Made by a program: the position numbers and the translations under genes
NCBI GenBank assembly: GCA_042566005.1
Contig: JBHORO010000002.1
Coordinates: forward strand, 5,287 to 69,286
Source: Verrucomicrobiota bacterium
GTDB lineage: Bacteria; Verrucomicrobiota; Kiritimatiellia; Kiritimatiellales; JBHORO01
DNA length: 64,000 nt
Direction: 5' to 3'
Notes under the pieces: model-generated
What the model saw: only the letters and a program-made list of their open reading frames with translations
What the model was told of the DNA's origin: nothing
Databases searched by the model: none
Shown: positions 19,635 through 29,253 of the stretch, piece by piece
How the letters are laid out: the number at the start of each line of letters is the position of its first letter
Numbering within the stretch: the first letter of the stretch is position 1

Positions 19635-20024
19635 TTATCTGTATTCTGGAAACAGGGTGCTTTCTTCAAAATTGATTCGTTTTGTCAAAATCAAGTATAC
19701 CTCAATAAATTCTTCTTTGAAATCGGTTCCATGCTCGCCACCTACATGTTTTTCGAAGAATGCCGATATTGTTTTAGTAACGTTGCTCATATCGTCGGCA
19801 AACAAGTCCAACGTATGCTTCAAGTCATCGCGCTCCTTAGCCATTTCCCAAAGGACGGGATAGAGTTCATCATCCTCCTTCTTCAAATGAGCGAGTAATG
19901 CTGCTTTTGCATCAAGAAGCTTCTTTTGGCCTTCTTCAGATGTAACGCCGAGGATTGCTATATCGCGGAACAGCTCTGAAAGTTCGGCGTGATCCAATTT
20001 TAGATTTTCAATTAATTCTGGCAT
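19635..20024 (-). CDS. hemerythrin-like (HHE cation-binding) domain protein
   Basis: 129 aa helical protein with spaced His/Glu/Asp pairs (LDHAEL..., HLKKEDDELYP, INFEESTLFPEY), as in hemerythrin-like domains. Confidence 0.65.
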   Translation of the reverse strand: MPELIENLKLDHAELSELFRDIAILGVTSEEGQKKLLDAKAALLAHLKKEDDELYPVLWEMAKERDDLKHTLDLFADDMSNVTKTISAFFEKHVGGEHGTDFKEEFIEVYLILTKRINFEESTLFPEYR

Positions 20025-20493
20025 TTTTATATCTCCTTTCTGAAGAGGGTGCTTTTTATAAACTTACGTTTGAAAACCCCAGAACGTTACGCTGAACAGC
20101 GCTGCACACAAACTCCATCTTATTAACCGGTGTGTCGACCGTATGCTCCACGCGATGGTCAGGAATATTGTTTAATTTCGACATCATATCCGGCGCTGTT
20201 TAACTCTCTGACTAATTCTGTTTCCATCCATCCCTTAATCTCTTCTTTGGGGCGATGGGTGTTTCGTTCTGCGGGTTGGCTGCTGGGTGAAAAATGGACC
20301 GAAAACGCGCGGTTTGGCTGTCGGGCTTTGGCCTTGACGTTTTGCGTAAATACCGTAAATTAACGACGTTTATCAACTGCGCGGTTTGGATGAAGTGGGT
20401 CTGTGGCCCGCTTTTTTATTTATGTGGCGTAGGGGTAAATTTGGACAACTTAACATTCTAACATTCTAACAACTGAATACGGAGGGCCGCATC

Positions 20494-21771
20494 ATGATGA
20501 ATGAGTTGCAGTCGGTAATTGAATATTTGCAGCAGGAGCGTGGCGTTGATCGTGAAGTGATCATCGAGGCGATCGAGTCTGCACTGGAAAACGCTTCCCG
20601 CAAAACGGATGAATTGGAAGACGTGCGAGTAGCTATTGATCGCAAAACACTTGCGCTCAAAGCTTATGTTCAAAAGAAAGTCGTACTCCCTCCGGCTATT
20701 CGTGAAGATGAAATCGGCCTGAAAGATGCCAAGCGCATCGACCCGACGGCTGAAATCGGTGATGAAGTGGAAGTGGAAGCAGATCGCCGCGTCCTGGCCG
20801 CATTGGGCCGCATTTCCGCCCAGACCGCAAAGCAGACGATTATGCAGAAACTGCGCGCGGCGGAAAAAGAGAAGATTTTCGATGAGTACAAGGACAGCGA
20901 AGGCGATATCGTTATGGGTACCGTGCGTCGCTTTGAGCGTAACGATGTGATCGTTGAGCTGGAGTTCGGCGAAGCGGTGATGCCGTCTAAAGAACGCATC
21001 GTTACGGAAGACTACGAGCAGGGCGAACGCATCCGCGCTTACGTGCTGGCGGTTAAAAACAAAGTATCCGGTCCGGAAATTGTCCTCTCCCGTTCTCACC
21101 CCAATTTTGTGCGTCGCCTGTTTGAACTGGAAGCTTCCGAGATTGCGGACGGCACGGTTGAAATTATGGCGATTGCCCGCGAGGCTGGTTTCCGCACGAA
21201 GATGGCGGTTCAGTGTCACGATGAGCATGTGGATCCGGTGGGTGCCTGCGTAGGCATGCGCGGTATGCGCGTTAAAAACATTGTGCGCGAGCTCAACGGC
21301 GAAAAAGTGGATATCGTTCGCTGGAGCGACAATATCAAAACCCTGGTCACTAATGCACTCGCCCCGGCTAAGCTGAGCGAAGTGAATGTGGACGAGGCAA
21401 CCCGCACGGTTACGGTTCTGGTGGAAGCGGATCAGCTTTCCCTCGCGATCGGTAAACGTGGGCAGAACGCGCGCCTGACAGCGAAACTGACGGGCTGGCG
21501 TGTGGACATCCAGAAGAAAGAACATCTGGAAGAACTCGACTTCGAACAGCAGATCGAGCGTGCGGTGGAAACGCTCGCGGCGCTGGACGGTGTCGGCTAT
21601 GACAACGCGGAGAAATTGGTATTTGCCGGCTTCCTCTCTATGGAAGGCATCATGGCGGCTGACATCAGCGACCTGGCTGAAATTGAAGGGTTCACCGCAG
21701 AAGAAGCACAGCAGACATGGAAAGCTGTGGAAAAAGCATACGAAAAAGAACACGGCAAGATTGAATTCTAA
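20494..21771 (+). CDS. nusA: transcription termination/antitermination factor NusA
   Basis: N-terminal domain, S1 domain (GDIVMGTVRRFERNDVIVEL) and two KH domains (GACVGMRGMRVKNIV; AIGKRGQNARL). Confidence 0.95.
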   Translation: MMNELQSVIEYLQQERGVDREVIIEAIESALENASRKTDELEDVRVAIDRKTLALKAYVQKKVVLPPAIREDEIGLKDAKRIDPTAEIGDEVEVEADRRVLAALGRISAQTAKQTIMQKLRAAEKEKIFDEYKDSEGDIVMGTVRRFERNDVIVELEFGEAVMPSKERIVTEDYEQGERIRAYVLAVKNKVSGPEIVLSRSHPNFVRRLFELEASEIADGTVEIMAIAREAGFRTKMAVQCHDEHVDPVGACVGMRGMRVKNIVRELNGEKVDIVRWSDNIKTLVTNALAPAKLSEVNVDEATRTVTVLVEADQLSLAIGKRGQNARLTAKLTGWRVDIQKKEHLEELDFEQQIERAVETLAALDGVGYDNAEKLVFAGFLSMEGIMAADISDLAEIEGFTAEEAQQTWKAVEKAYEKEHGKIEF

Positions 21772-21892
21772 TTGAAGGCGGGCGGATTTTCCGTCCTCGC
21801 CCTGCAAGCTGCGGCGAGACAGGGCACCCCTTTAAAAATATGAGTCAGGCTAACGCCGATAATGTTCCACCACATAACGATAGAAGATACTA

Positions 21893-24010
21893 ATGAGAGT
21901 TTACGAACTGGCAAAAGAATGCGACGTCTCCAATAAGGAGCTGCTGGAGATCCTCGAGGACCTCGGGATTGAAGCAACATCACACTCGTCATCGCTGACA
22001 GCGGATCAAGTCCGCGCGGTCCGCGATGACCTCGGTTTGCTGCCTGGCCAACACCAGGCGACCGAAAAAATCGACATGACTGAAGAAGCGGCCGCAGAGG
22101 AAACGCAGGAAGAAGAAGCTGAAGAAGCGCCGGCTGAAGAACCGGTTGCCGAGGAAGCGCCTGCGCAAGAAGAGAAAAGCAATGTGGTCGATATTAAAGG
22201 CCCGCTGACCGTCCGCGAACTGGGCGAAGTGCTGGATGTGAAGCCGAACAAGCTGATCGTTGATTTGATGAAACGCAGCGTTATGGCTTCGATCAATCAT
22301 TTGGTTGATGCGAAAACTGCGCGTGAAATCGCCGTAGAGCACGGCTTTGAGCTGTATAAAGAGCCGAAACCGGAACCGGTTAAAAAAGCGGCTCCGGCGG
22401 CGACAGCGGATGCGGCTTCGAAAAAGGCTAAGAAAAAGAAGAAGGCCAAGAAGAAGAGTGCGCCGGGCGAAAAGCACGAACTGGAAGCTGGCGAAGAGAT
22501 TCGCCCGCCGATGGTGGCATTCCTCGGTCACGTCGATCACGGTAAAACGTCTCTGCTCGACTACATCCGTAAAACGCGCGTTGTTTCCGGCGAGGCCGGC
22601 GGCATTACGCAGCACATCGGTGCTTACACGGTTGAAGCGGGTGGCGGCAAAATCACATTCCTGGATACGCCAGGTCACTCTGCATTCGAGAAAATGCGTG
22701 AGCGCGGTGCCCATCTGACGGATATCATGATTCTGGTGATCGCAGCGGACGACGGCATTATGCCGCAGACCAAAGAGGCGATTAAGCACGCCCTGAGCGC
22801 GGAAACCACAATCATTGTTGCAATCAACAAAATCGACTTGCCGGCGGCGGATCCGCTGAAAGTGCGCACACAGCTTCAGGAGCAGGGTCTTGCTCCGGAG
22901 GATTGGGGCGGCGATATCGGCGTGGTTGAAGTGAGCGCGGCGACGGGTCAGGGTATTGACGAGCTGCTCGAGCGCATCAATCTTGAGGCGGAAATGATGG
23001 AGCTGACAGCTAGACCGAGCGCGAAAGCACACGGTTATGTGGTGGAAGCTCAGATGGAGCCGGGCATGGGTCCGACGGCCAACTTCATTGTCCGTGACGG
23101 TACGCTGAAGGTCGGTGACGGCCTGGTTTGCGGTATGCATTACGGCAAAGTTAAATCGCTGATGGATGAAACCGGAGCGCGTGTTAAAAGCGCGGGTCCG
23201 TCTACGGCGGTTAAGGTGCTGGGTATGAATACGGTTCCGGATCCGCGCGAGCCGTGGAAAGCGGTTAAGAACGACCGTGAAGCCCGTAAGCTGGCAGAAG
23301 AGTTTGAGCAGACACAGAAGGATCAGGCAGAAGAAGCTGCGGCGGGCACTAAGTTGTCTCTGGACGATCTGTTTTCACAGGCCGGCCTGACGGAAGTCAA
23401 AGAGCTGCCGGTGGTGATCAAGGCGGACGTACAGGGTTCTGTGGAAGCGATTCGCTACAACCTTGAGGCGATTGAGTCTGACAAGGTTAAGCTGAAAATC
23501 ATCGACGCTTCCGTGGGTAACGTTTCCAATAAGGACGTGATCAAGGCGAGTGCGGGTAACGCGATTGTCCTCGGTTTCCACACGGGTATCGAAGCGGGCG
23601 TGAACAAGGTGATTAAGAAAGAGGGCGTGGAAGTTCGTCTGTACAGCATCATTTACGAGCTGATCGACGAAGTGGCCGCGGCGATGAAAGGTCTGCTCGA
23701 GCCGGAGCTGGTTGAAGAGAGCCTCGGTAAAGCAGAAGTTCGCGCAACCTTCCCGTACGGCAAGCGCGGCCGCGTGGCCGGCTGTCTGGTTCAGGAAGGC
23801 CGCATGACTTCCGATGCGCGCGTGCGTGTTATCCGCAAGCGCGACACGATCTACGAAGGTTCTGTTGTCTCGTTGCGCCGCTACAAGGATCAGGTCAAAG
23901 AAGTACCGGCCGGTCAGGAGTGCGGTGTGCAGTTTGATCGTTTCGACAACATTGCTGAAGGCGACATCATTGAAGCCTACAAAGTCAACAAGGTTGAACA
24001 GGAACTGTAA
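21893..24010 (+). CDS. infB: translation initiation factor IF-2
   Basis: MRVYELAKECDVSNKELLEIL N-domain, acidic/Lys-rich linker, G-domain VAFLGHVDHGKTSLLD / DTPGH / NKID. Confidence 0.97.
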   Translation: MRVYELAKECDVSNKELLEILEDLGIEATSHSSSLTADQVRAVRDDLGLLPGQHQATEKIDMTEEAAAEETQEEEAEEAPAEEPVAEEAPAQEEKSNVVDIKGPLTVRELGEVLDVKPNKLIVDLMKRSVMASINHLVDAKTAREIAVEHGFELYKEPKPEPVKKAAPAATADAASKKAKKKKKAKKKSAPGEKHELEAGEEIRPPMVAFLGHVDHGKTSLLDYIRKTRVVSGEAGGITQHIGAYTVEAGGGKITFLDTPGHSAFEKMRERGAHLTDIMILVIAADDGIMPQTKEAIKHALSAETTIIVAINKIDLPAADPLKVRTQLQEQGLAPEDWGGDIGVVEVSAATGQGIDELLERINLEAEMMELTARPSAKAHGYVVEAQMEPGMGPTANFIVRDGTLKVGDGLVCGMHYGKVKSLMDETGARVKSAGPSTAVKVLGMNTVPDPREPWKAVKNDREARKLAEEFEQTQKDQAEEAAAGTKLSLDDLFSQAGLTEVKELPVVIKADVQGSVEAIRYNLEAIESDKVKLKIIDASVGNVSNKDVIKASAGNAIVLGFHTGIEAGVNKVIKKEGVEVRLYSIIYELIDEVAAAMKGLLEPELVEESLGKAEVRATFPYGKRGRVAGCLVQEGRMTSDARVRVIRKRDTIYEGSVVSLRRYKDQVKEVPAGQECGVQFDRFDNIAEGDIIEAYKVNKVEQEL

Positions 24011-24063
24011 CCCAATCAAGCCGTCTGCCCCTGTGCGGGGTGGATGGCTTTTTATTTTTATTT

Positions 24064-24465
24064 ATGAGTAATCGACTGACACGTGTAAACGAGCTGCTCA
24101 AGCGCGAGATCGCTGAAGATATCATGCGCTTGCAGCCGCCGGAATTTTCCATGGCCAGCGTCACTGTGACGCGCGTGGATGTGAGCCCGAACCTGCGTTC
24201 GGCAACGGTGTTTGTTTCGGTCTTCAACGAAGACGAAGAAACGACAACGGCCATCGTCCGCTACCTCAACAAAAACCGCGCGAACATCCAGAAAATGGTC
24301 TGTAGCCGCGTGAAACTGAAATATACGGCAAAACTCTCTTTCAAAGGGGATACTTCGCTGGTGGAAGGAGACAGCGTGCTGAACCTGTTGGCGGATATGG
24401 AAGATTCACAGCCGGAAGTGTTCGGCAAGAAAGAGAAGAAGGACGAGGACAAAGATGGGGTATAA
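24064..24465 (+). CDS. rbfA: ribosome-binding factor A
   Basis: MSNRLTRVNELLKREIAE... is a typical RbfA N-terminus. The ATG at 24064 is preferred over the upstream start at 24040. Confidence 0.9.
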   Translation: MSNRLTRVNELLKREIAEDIMRLQPPEFSMASVTVTRVDVSPNLRSATVFVSVFNEDEETTTAIVRYLNKNRANIQKMVCSRVKLKYTAKLSFKGDTSLVEGDSVLNLLADMEDSQPEVFGKKEKKDEDKDGV

Positions 24466-25204
24466 TCGTCGCCGCAAACCTAAAGAGCCGGATCCGGTAA
24501 ACGGAATTCTGCTGGTGGATAAGCCGACCGAGTGGACTTCCCACGATGTCGTTGCCAAAATCCGTAACCATTTTAAATTCAACAAAGTCGGCCATGGCGG
24601 AACACTCGATCCGCTGGCGACCGGTCTGCTGATTATCCTGATCGGTAAAGGCACCAAGCTCTCGCAGCATGTAATGGCGGCGATCAAGGAGTACGAAGGT
24701 ACGATCCATCTCGGACACGTAACCGACAGCCAGGACCGCGACGGCCAGTTGCTCGAAGAGAACGACGCTTCCGGCATCACGCAGGAAATGTTCGAGGCCG
24801 AAATGGAAAACTTCAAAGGCGATATCCAGCAGATCCCGCCGATGGTTTCCGCGATCAAAAAGAACGGTACTGCGCTCTACAAACTCGCCCGCAAAGGCGA
24901 GGTGATTGAACGCGAGCCGCGCGACTGCACGATCTATGATTACAAGCTGAAGCGTTTCGAGAACCCGCTGGCGGATGTCAAAGTCTGCTGTTCCAAAGGA
25001 ACGTATATCCGCACACTGGCGCACGATATCGGTGCGAACCTCGGCTGCGGAGCTTGTCTCGACGAATTGCGCCGTACGGCTTCCGGTAAATTCCGGATTG
25101 AGGATGCGTTGACGCTGGAAGAGATCCTTGAGTACGACCGCGACACGATTGGCGAAAAGATGATCCATATGGCGGATCTGACACCTGACGATTTGAAGGA
25201 CTAA
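24455..25204 (+). CDS. truB: tRNA pseudouridine(55) synthase
   Basis: GILLVDKP...SHDVV and the catalytic GHGGTLDPLATG motif; overlaps the rbfA stop by 11 nt. Confidence 0.95.
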   Translation: MGYNRRRKPKEPDPVNGILLVDKPTEWTSHDVVAKIRNHFKFNKVGHGGTLDPLATGLLIILIGKGTKLSQHVMAAIKEYEGTIHLGHVTDSQDRDGQLLEENDASGITQEMFEAEMENFKGDIQQIPPMVSAIKKNGTALYKLARKGEVIEREPRDCTIYDYKLKRFENPLADVKVCCSKGTYIRTLAHDIGANLGCGACLDELRRTASGKFRIEDALTLEEILEYDRDTIGEKMIHMADLTPDDLKD

Positions 25205-25206
25205 CG

Positions 25207-26124
25207 ATGAACGTTCTGCACCAGTACGAACAGCCGAAGGATTGCCCGATTGTGATTGCGGCTGGTTGTTTTGACGGTGTGCATCTCGGTCATCAGGCTG
25301 TCATCGGCGAAGCAGTCAAGCAGGCGAAAGAGCAGGGGGGGGAAGCGTGGGTTATGACCTTCGATCCTCACCCGGCCCGCGTGCTGAATCCGAATACGGC
25401 GCCGCCGTTGCTGAGTTCGCAGACAACACTGTTTCGTCATTTTGAAGAGCTGGGAGTTTCCGGTGTCTTTCTGGTTCCCTTTACGCGGGAATTTATCAGT
25501 ATGCTGCCGGAAGAGTTCGCAACTGATCTGGTAAAACGCATTCCGAAGCTCGCCGGATTTGTGACGGGTACGGACTGGTGTTTCGGACGTCGTGCGGCCG
25601 GGAATGTGACGCTGTTGCGTGAACTCTGGCAGGAGCGCGGCATCCGTGTAACCGGTGTTGAAGCAGTGAACTATGACGGCGAGCGGATTTCCAGTACGCG
25701 GATTCGTCATGCGATTTTGGCGGGCGAATTGAAAACCGCCGCCCGCTTGCTTAATCGACCTTTCAGCGTTTTCGGTAAAGTGGTACACGGTCGCGAAGTC
25801 GGCCGTAAGCTCGGATTTCCGACGGCCAATATCGAGGTGCAGAACGAGGTTGAGCCGCCGCCCGGTATTTATGCCGTAAAGGCGCTGCTGGACGGGACGC
25901 TATATCCGGCCGCCGCGTATATCGGCAGTCGCAAGACCTTTCATAACATCGGCGATGAGCGTGTGCTGGAGGTGTATCTGCTCGATTTTGACGGTCAGAT
26001 TTATGACCATGAAGTCGAAGTTCTGTTCGTTGAAAAAATTCGTGAAGACACCGCCTTCGAATCGGTCGAGGCACTCAAAGAGCAGATCGCCATCGATATC
26101 GCTCAAATTCGTAAAATTCTGTAA
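25207..26124 (+). CDS. ribF: bifunctional riboflavin kinase / FMN adenylyltransferase
   Basis: N-terminal nucleotidyltransferase G-FDGVHLGH; C-terminal riboflavin kinase block (GRKLGFPTANI ... LEVYLLDFDGQIYD...RFESVEALKEQI). Confidence 0.93.
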   Translation: MNVLHQYEQPKDCPIVIAAGCFDGVHLGHQAVIGEAVKQAKEQGGEAWVMTFDPHPARVLNPNTAPPLLSSQTTLFRHFEELGVSGVFLVPFTREFISMLPEEFATDLVKRIPKLAGFVTGTDWCFGRRAAGNVTLLRELWQERGIRVTGVEAVNYDGERISSTRIRHAILAGELKTAARLLNRPFSVFGKVVHGREVGRKLGFPTANIEVQNEVEPPPGIYAVKALLDGTLYPAAAYIGSRKTFHNIGDERVLEVYLLDFDGQIYDHEVEVLFVEKIREDTAFESVEALKEQIAIDIAQIRKIL

Positions 26125-26193
26125 ATCGGCTCGTCGCTGATCTAAAAAAAATTTATTACATCAGAACCAATTTTTATCTAGGGAGGATTAGAC

Positions 26194-26550
26194 ATGGCAT
26201 ATGATTTAACTGGCAAAATTAAACTGATTCAGGACGCTCAGACGTTTTCCAGCGGCTTCACCAAGCGTGAAGTGGTTGTGACTGTTGAGGACGGTAAGTT
26301 TCCGCAGGATATCAACCTGGAGTTTCTGCAGGATAAAGTGGGTCTGCTCGATACGGTAGCGATCGGTCAGGAAGTGAAGGTTTCTTTCGACATTCGCGGT
26401 CGCGAATACAATGGCCGTTACTTCAACAACCTCGTCGGCTGGAAAATCGAAGCGGGTGCCGGCGCGTCGGCTGGCGATGACATGCCGCCGCTTTCGGATG
26501 CCGATGTTCCGGCAGATATCGATGACGACGGAGACGTGATCCCGTTTTAA
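26194..26550 (+). CDS. DUF3127-like OB-fold protein with an acidic tail
   Basis: MAYDLTGKIKLI...FSSGFTKREVVV...GREYNGRYFNNLVGWKIE pattern; C-terminal DDDGDVIPF tail reminiscent of SSB tails. Confidence 0.6.
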   Translation: MAYDLTGKIKLIQDAQTFSSGFTKREVVVTVEDGKFPQDINLEFLQDKVGLLDTVAIGQEVKVSFDIRGREYNGRYFNNLVGWKIEAGAGASAGDDMPPLSDADVPADIDDDGDVIPF

Positions 26551-26571
26551 TCGGTCTGTTTAGTCTGTGTA

Positions 26572-26599
26572 TAAGCCCGCTGGTTTCAGCGGGCTTTTT
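26572..26599 (+). terminator. rho-independent terminator
   Basis: aagcccgctg-gtttc-agcgggctt followed by tttttt. Confidence 0.8.
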
Positions 26600-26656
26600 T
26601 CATATCTGGAGGGTGGGGCTCCTGCTGAACCGGTAGCCATCTTGTGCGTTGGGTTA

Positions 26657-27271
26657 TCACGCAAAGAGGGGGATCAACCAGGCAGAGAGGCCGTCGAGCG
26701 CCATTTGGGTGCCGATGGTCATAACAATCAACCCAGTTAAGCGAACCAGTGCGCCCAGAATATTGAACTGCAGCAGAAGAGAGCTGATCTGGCGGCTTAG
26801 CCGCATGATGCAATAGTTGATACCTATCGCCAGCAGAACGGAAAGCGCCGGGGAGAGCAGGCCGTTTTTGGCGCGTATGGCGATACAGGCGGCAATGGTG
26901 GCCGGCCCGGCAATCATTGGGCAGGCGAGGGGGACCAGGGCGATATCCTCAAAGCTGTTTTTTACCTCCTGCTCAAAAAAGATCCCGCGGCGCAGGGCGT
27001 TGAATCCCACCCAGCAGAGAATCACGCCGCCGGCCAGTCGGAGCGAATGAATTTCGACGTGGAAAATCGAGCGCAGGACAAAGCTTCCGAAAATCATGGA
27101 GCAGAGCAGGACGCCTAAAGCCACAAGACTCGATTTAGCGGTGACGGCGCGGAATTCCTCTCGTCTTTGATCGGTCGAGAGAACCGATAAGATGGAAACC
27201 TTGCTGATGGGATTAATAAGTGCCAGCAGGTAAAGAGTGGTAACGAAGGTCTGAATCAGGAACTCTTTCAT
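26657..27271 (-). CDS. MarC-family (UPF0056) integral membrane protein
   Basis: 204 aa, about 6 TM helices; N-terminal LALINPISK-type motif characteristic of MarC family proteins. Confidence 0.7.
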   Translation of the reverse strand: MKEFLIQTFVTTLYLLALINPISKVSILSVLSTDQRREEFRAVTAKSSLVALGVLLCSMIFGSFVLRSIFHVEIHSLRLAGGVILCWVGFNALRRGIFFEQEVKNSFEDIALVPLACPMIAGPATIAACIAIRAKNGLLSPALSVLLAIGINYCIMRLSRQISSLLLQFNILGALVRLTGLIVMTIGTQMALDGLSAWLIPLFA

Positions 27272-27478
27272 ATCGCGCCCTCCGACTCTGTTTTAACCAT
27301 AAAGAGTCCATTGTGAACAAACCATTAATTGATTTTACGCGGCACGCAGCATTCCAGAATATTCCCGTGAGAAAGGCCCCGCGGTATGGATTTTATGTGA
27401 CCGCTTTTGTGCTCGTAGAATGACCGTTTAATTAAAGCGTTTTTGCGGTACCCTGAAGCTGAGTAAGCGGGAGATGCT

Positions 27479-28135
27479 ATGAACCGGGCTGGGCAATTAT
27501 GTGTGTTGATTCTGTGTGCTGTCGTGCTTGCCGCCTGCGGCACGTATCAGGGGATTCCTTCGCATGGCGGGGGAATGCGTTTTACCGAAGAGCAACGGTT
27601 ACTCTCCTCTTCCATGAGCCGGGCGGTCGGTAAGCTGGATCTCAGCTCCTGTAAGGGAAAACGGGTTCAGTTGATCGTGCAAAGCATGGAAACATCCGGC
27701 GGAGGCTGGAGCGAGCCCGCCGGATTGACCTCGCTCGGCGTGCGCACGGAAACCGATGATTATTCGGTGGAGGTGGAGTCCGAGCTCAAGCCTGCTTATA
27801 AACCTGCGCCTGTGCGCACCTCAAAGGATGTGGTTTATTTGCAGGCCGTTGTTTCAATGAAAGCCCGGACGGACGGTGTGGCGCTGGTAAAGGAACAGCC
27901 GGATGTGGAGCTCCATATTCTGGTGGATGTATTGGGAACCAATCGCAGCACGTCGGACTATCTGTTGGTTGTTAAAGATAAACTGCGCGCCTCCTGCGAG
28001 CTGACCTATTATCTGATCGATACTCGGAGCCGGGAGGTTCTTGCGGAGCCGGTTCAGGTGCGCGGGGCGGTTGAGTATATCGAAAGCCGCATCCTGTTCA
28101 GCACCTACAGCAAAGTGACTTATAAGTACGATTAA
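27479..28135 (+). CDS. hypothetical lipoprotein
   Basis: Signal peptide with lipobox VLAAC ([16 protein letters not shown]). The stop overlaps the rnhA stop by 4 nt (convergent genes). Confidence 0.55.
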   Translation: MNRAGQLCVLILCAVVLAACGTYQGIPSHGGGMRFTEEQRLLSSSMSRAVGKLDLSSCKGKRVQLIVQSMETSGGGWSEPAGLTSLGVRTETDDYSVEVESELKPAYKPAPVRTSKDVVYLQAVVSMKARTDGVALVKEQPDVELHILVDVLGTNRSTSDYLLVVKDKLRASCELTYYLIDTRSREVLAEPVQVRGAVEYIESRILFSTYSKVTYKYD

Positions 28136-28629
28136 GCGAAAAGATCCGCTGGCGGGGTCGACGTTTGTTCAAAGGCGAGATCCGCAGGAAGGTTTTTCAA
28201 TTGCGAGGCCGCAACGGCCAGTTCGTCGCAGCGTTCATTTTCGGGGTGGCCGCTGTGGCCTTTTACCCAGTGGAAATCAACGCTGTGCTTATCGCACAGA
28301 TCGAGCAGCTCTTTCCAGAGATCCGGATTTTTCGCTGCTTTGGTAGGGGAGAGCTGCCAGCCTTTGGAACGCCAGCGTTTGGCCCAGCCCTGTTTGATGG
28401 CATCCACTACATATTTGGAGTCGCTTGTCAGAGCTACCGTGCTCGGGCGTTTCAGCGCGCGTAACCCTTCGATGCAGGCCAGCAGCTCCATCCGGTTATT
28501 CGTGGTTTTACGGAATCCGCCGGAGAGCTCTTTGCGGTGCTTTCCGGAAATGAGTACGGTGCCGTAGCCGCCCGGACCCGGATTACCACTGCACGCGCCG
28601 TCTGTATAGATTTCGATCGTCTCGCTCAA
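28132..28629 (-). CDS. rnhA: ribonuclease HI
   Basis: [19 protein letters not shown]..., ...TNNRMEL..., ...[19 protein letters not shown] catalytic DEDD pattern. Confidence 0.95.
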   Translation of the reverse strand: MSETIEIYTDGACSGNPGPGGYGTVLISGKHRKELSGGFRKTTNNRMELLACIEGLRALKRPSTVALTSDSKYVVDAIKQGWAKRWRSKGWQLSPTKAAKNPDLWKELLDLCDKHSVDFHWVKGHSGHPENERCDELAVAASQLKNLPADLAFEQTSTPPADLFA

Positions 28630-28632
28630 GGA

Positions 28633-28902
28633 TTAGAGGCCTTGATAGACGATCTGGCTGGAGGGGTCAGGATTGGTCCCGCAGCCTTTGCATCGGTGGC
28701 ATGCACTGCTGGTGCAGCCGGATTCTTCGTCATCGTCCCAAGGCAGGGTGTTGTTGTCGAAGCGCTTCACTTTGCCTTTGCGCTCGAGCGTTTCCATCAT
28801 CGGTTCGAGTGCTTCCGGTTCCATGTCAAATTTTTGGCAGAGTGCGCGCAGGGAGATGAATCCCATTTCGTGCACATAGTCGTCGATCTGTTTTAAAATC
28901 AT
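28633..28902 (-). CDS. FeoC-like winged-helix protein with a C-terminal Cys cluster
   Basis: MILKQIDDYVHEMGFISLRALCQKFDMEPEALEPMMETLERKGKV (FeoC-type wHTH) plus CTSSACHRCKGC. Located immediately downstream of the feoB / feoA-like genes. Confidence 0.7.
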   Translation of the reverse strand: MILKQIDDYVHEMGFISLRALCQKFDMEPEALEPMMETLERKGKVKRFDNNTLPWDDDEESGCTSSACHRCKGCGTNPDPSSQIVYQGL

Positions 28903-28903
28903 C

Positions 28904-29236
28904 TTAATAATCCTCGCGGTTGACTTTCACGCAGACGAGCTTGGCCACCTCTTTGGCGATAGCGTAGCGCGCGTCGCCGACGCCGATAATCATATTGGCG
29001 TTGCCGTCGTCGTTTTTGATGACGTTAATCATAACGCCGCAGAAAATGCCCAGTTCGCGTGTTTTTTTGTCGGGATTGCCGGTCACCAGCGCCTGATCGC
29101 CTTCAACGCATTGGTTGAGGCTGGCACACGGGTTCGGGCAGCAGCAGTGTCTGCGTCGGAACCCGAATGGGAAAAACTTTTTGCGGCCGTGTCCGTGGCC
29201 CTTTCCGTGTCGTCCTCTACCTTGCCCTAGCATCAT
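28904..29236 (-). CDS. FeoA-domain protein with a His/Gly/Arg- and Cys-rich N-terminal extension
   Basis: Start ATGATG at 29236, preceded by GGGAGT. The C-terminal 70 aa show the FeoA SH3-like pattern (LNQCVEGDQALV...RELGIFCGVMINVIKNDD...IIGVGDARYAIAKEVAKLVCVKV). The N-terminus reads GQGRGRHGKGHGHGRKK...RRRHCCCPNPC. The longer ORF-track start overlaps feoB. Confidence 0.65.
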   Translation of the reverse strand: MMLGQGRGRHGKGHGHGRKKFFPFGFRRRHCCCPNPCASLNQCVEGDQALVTGNPDKKTRELGIFCGVMINVIKNDDGNANMIIGVGDARYAIAKEVAKLVCVKVNREDY

Positions 29237-29253
29237 GGTTACTCCCTTTAAAT

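Noticed and set aside
20130-20363. 77-aa plus-strand ORF, and a minus-strand fragment (...EIKGWMETELVRELNSAGYDVEIKQYS, about 20165-20300) that faintly resembles the start of a receiver domain. It was considered as a decayed response-regulator gene upstream of the hemerythrin/kinase block.
   Set aside because: The similarity is limited to about 15 residues. No start codon precedes it, no phospho-acceptor Asp region follows, and the neighbouring frames do not continue the domain. This is too weak to call a pseudogene.
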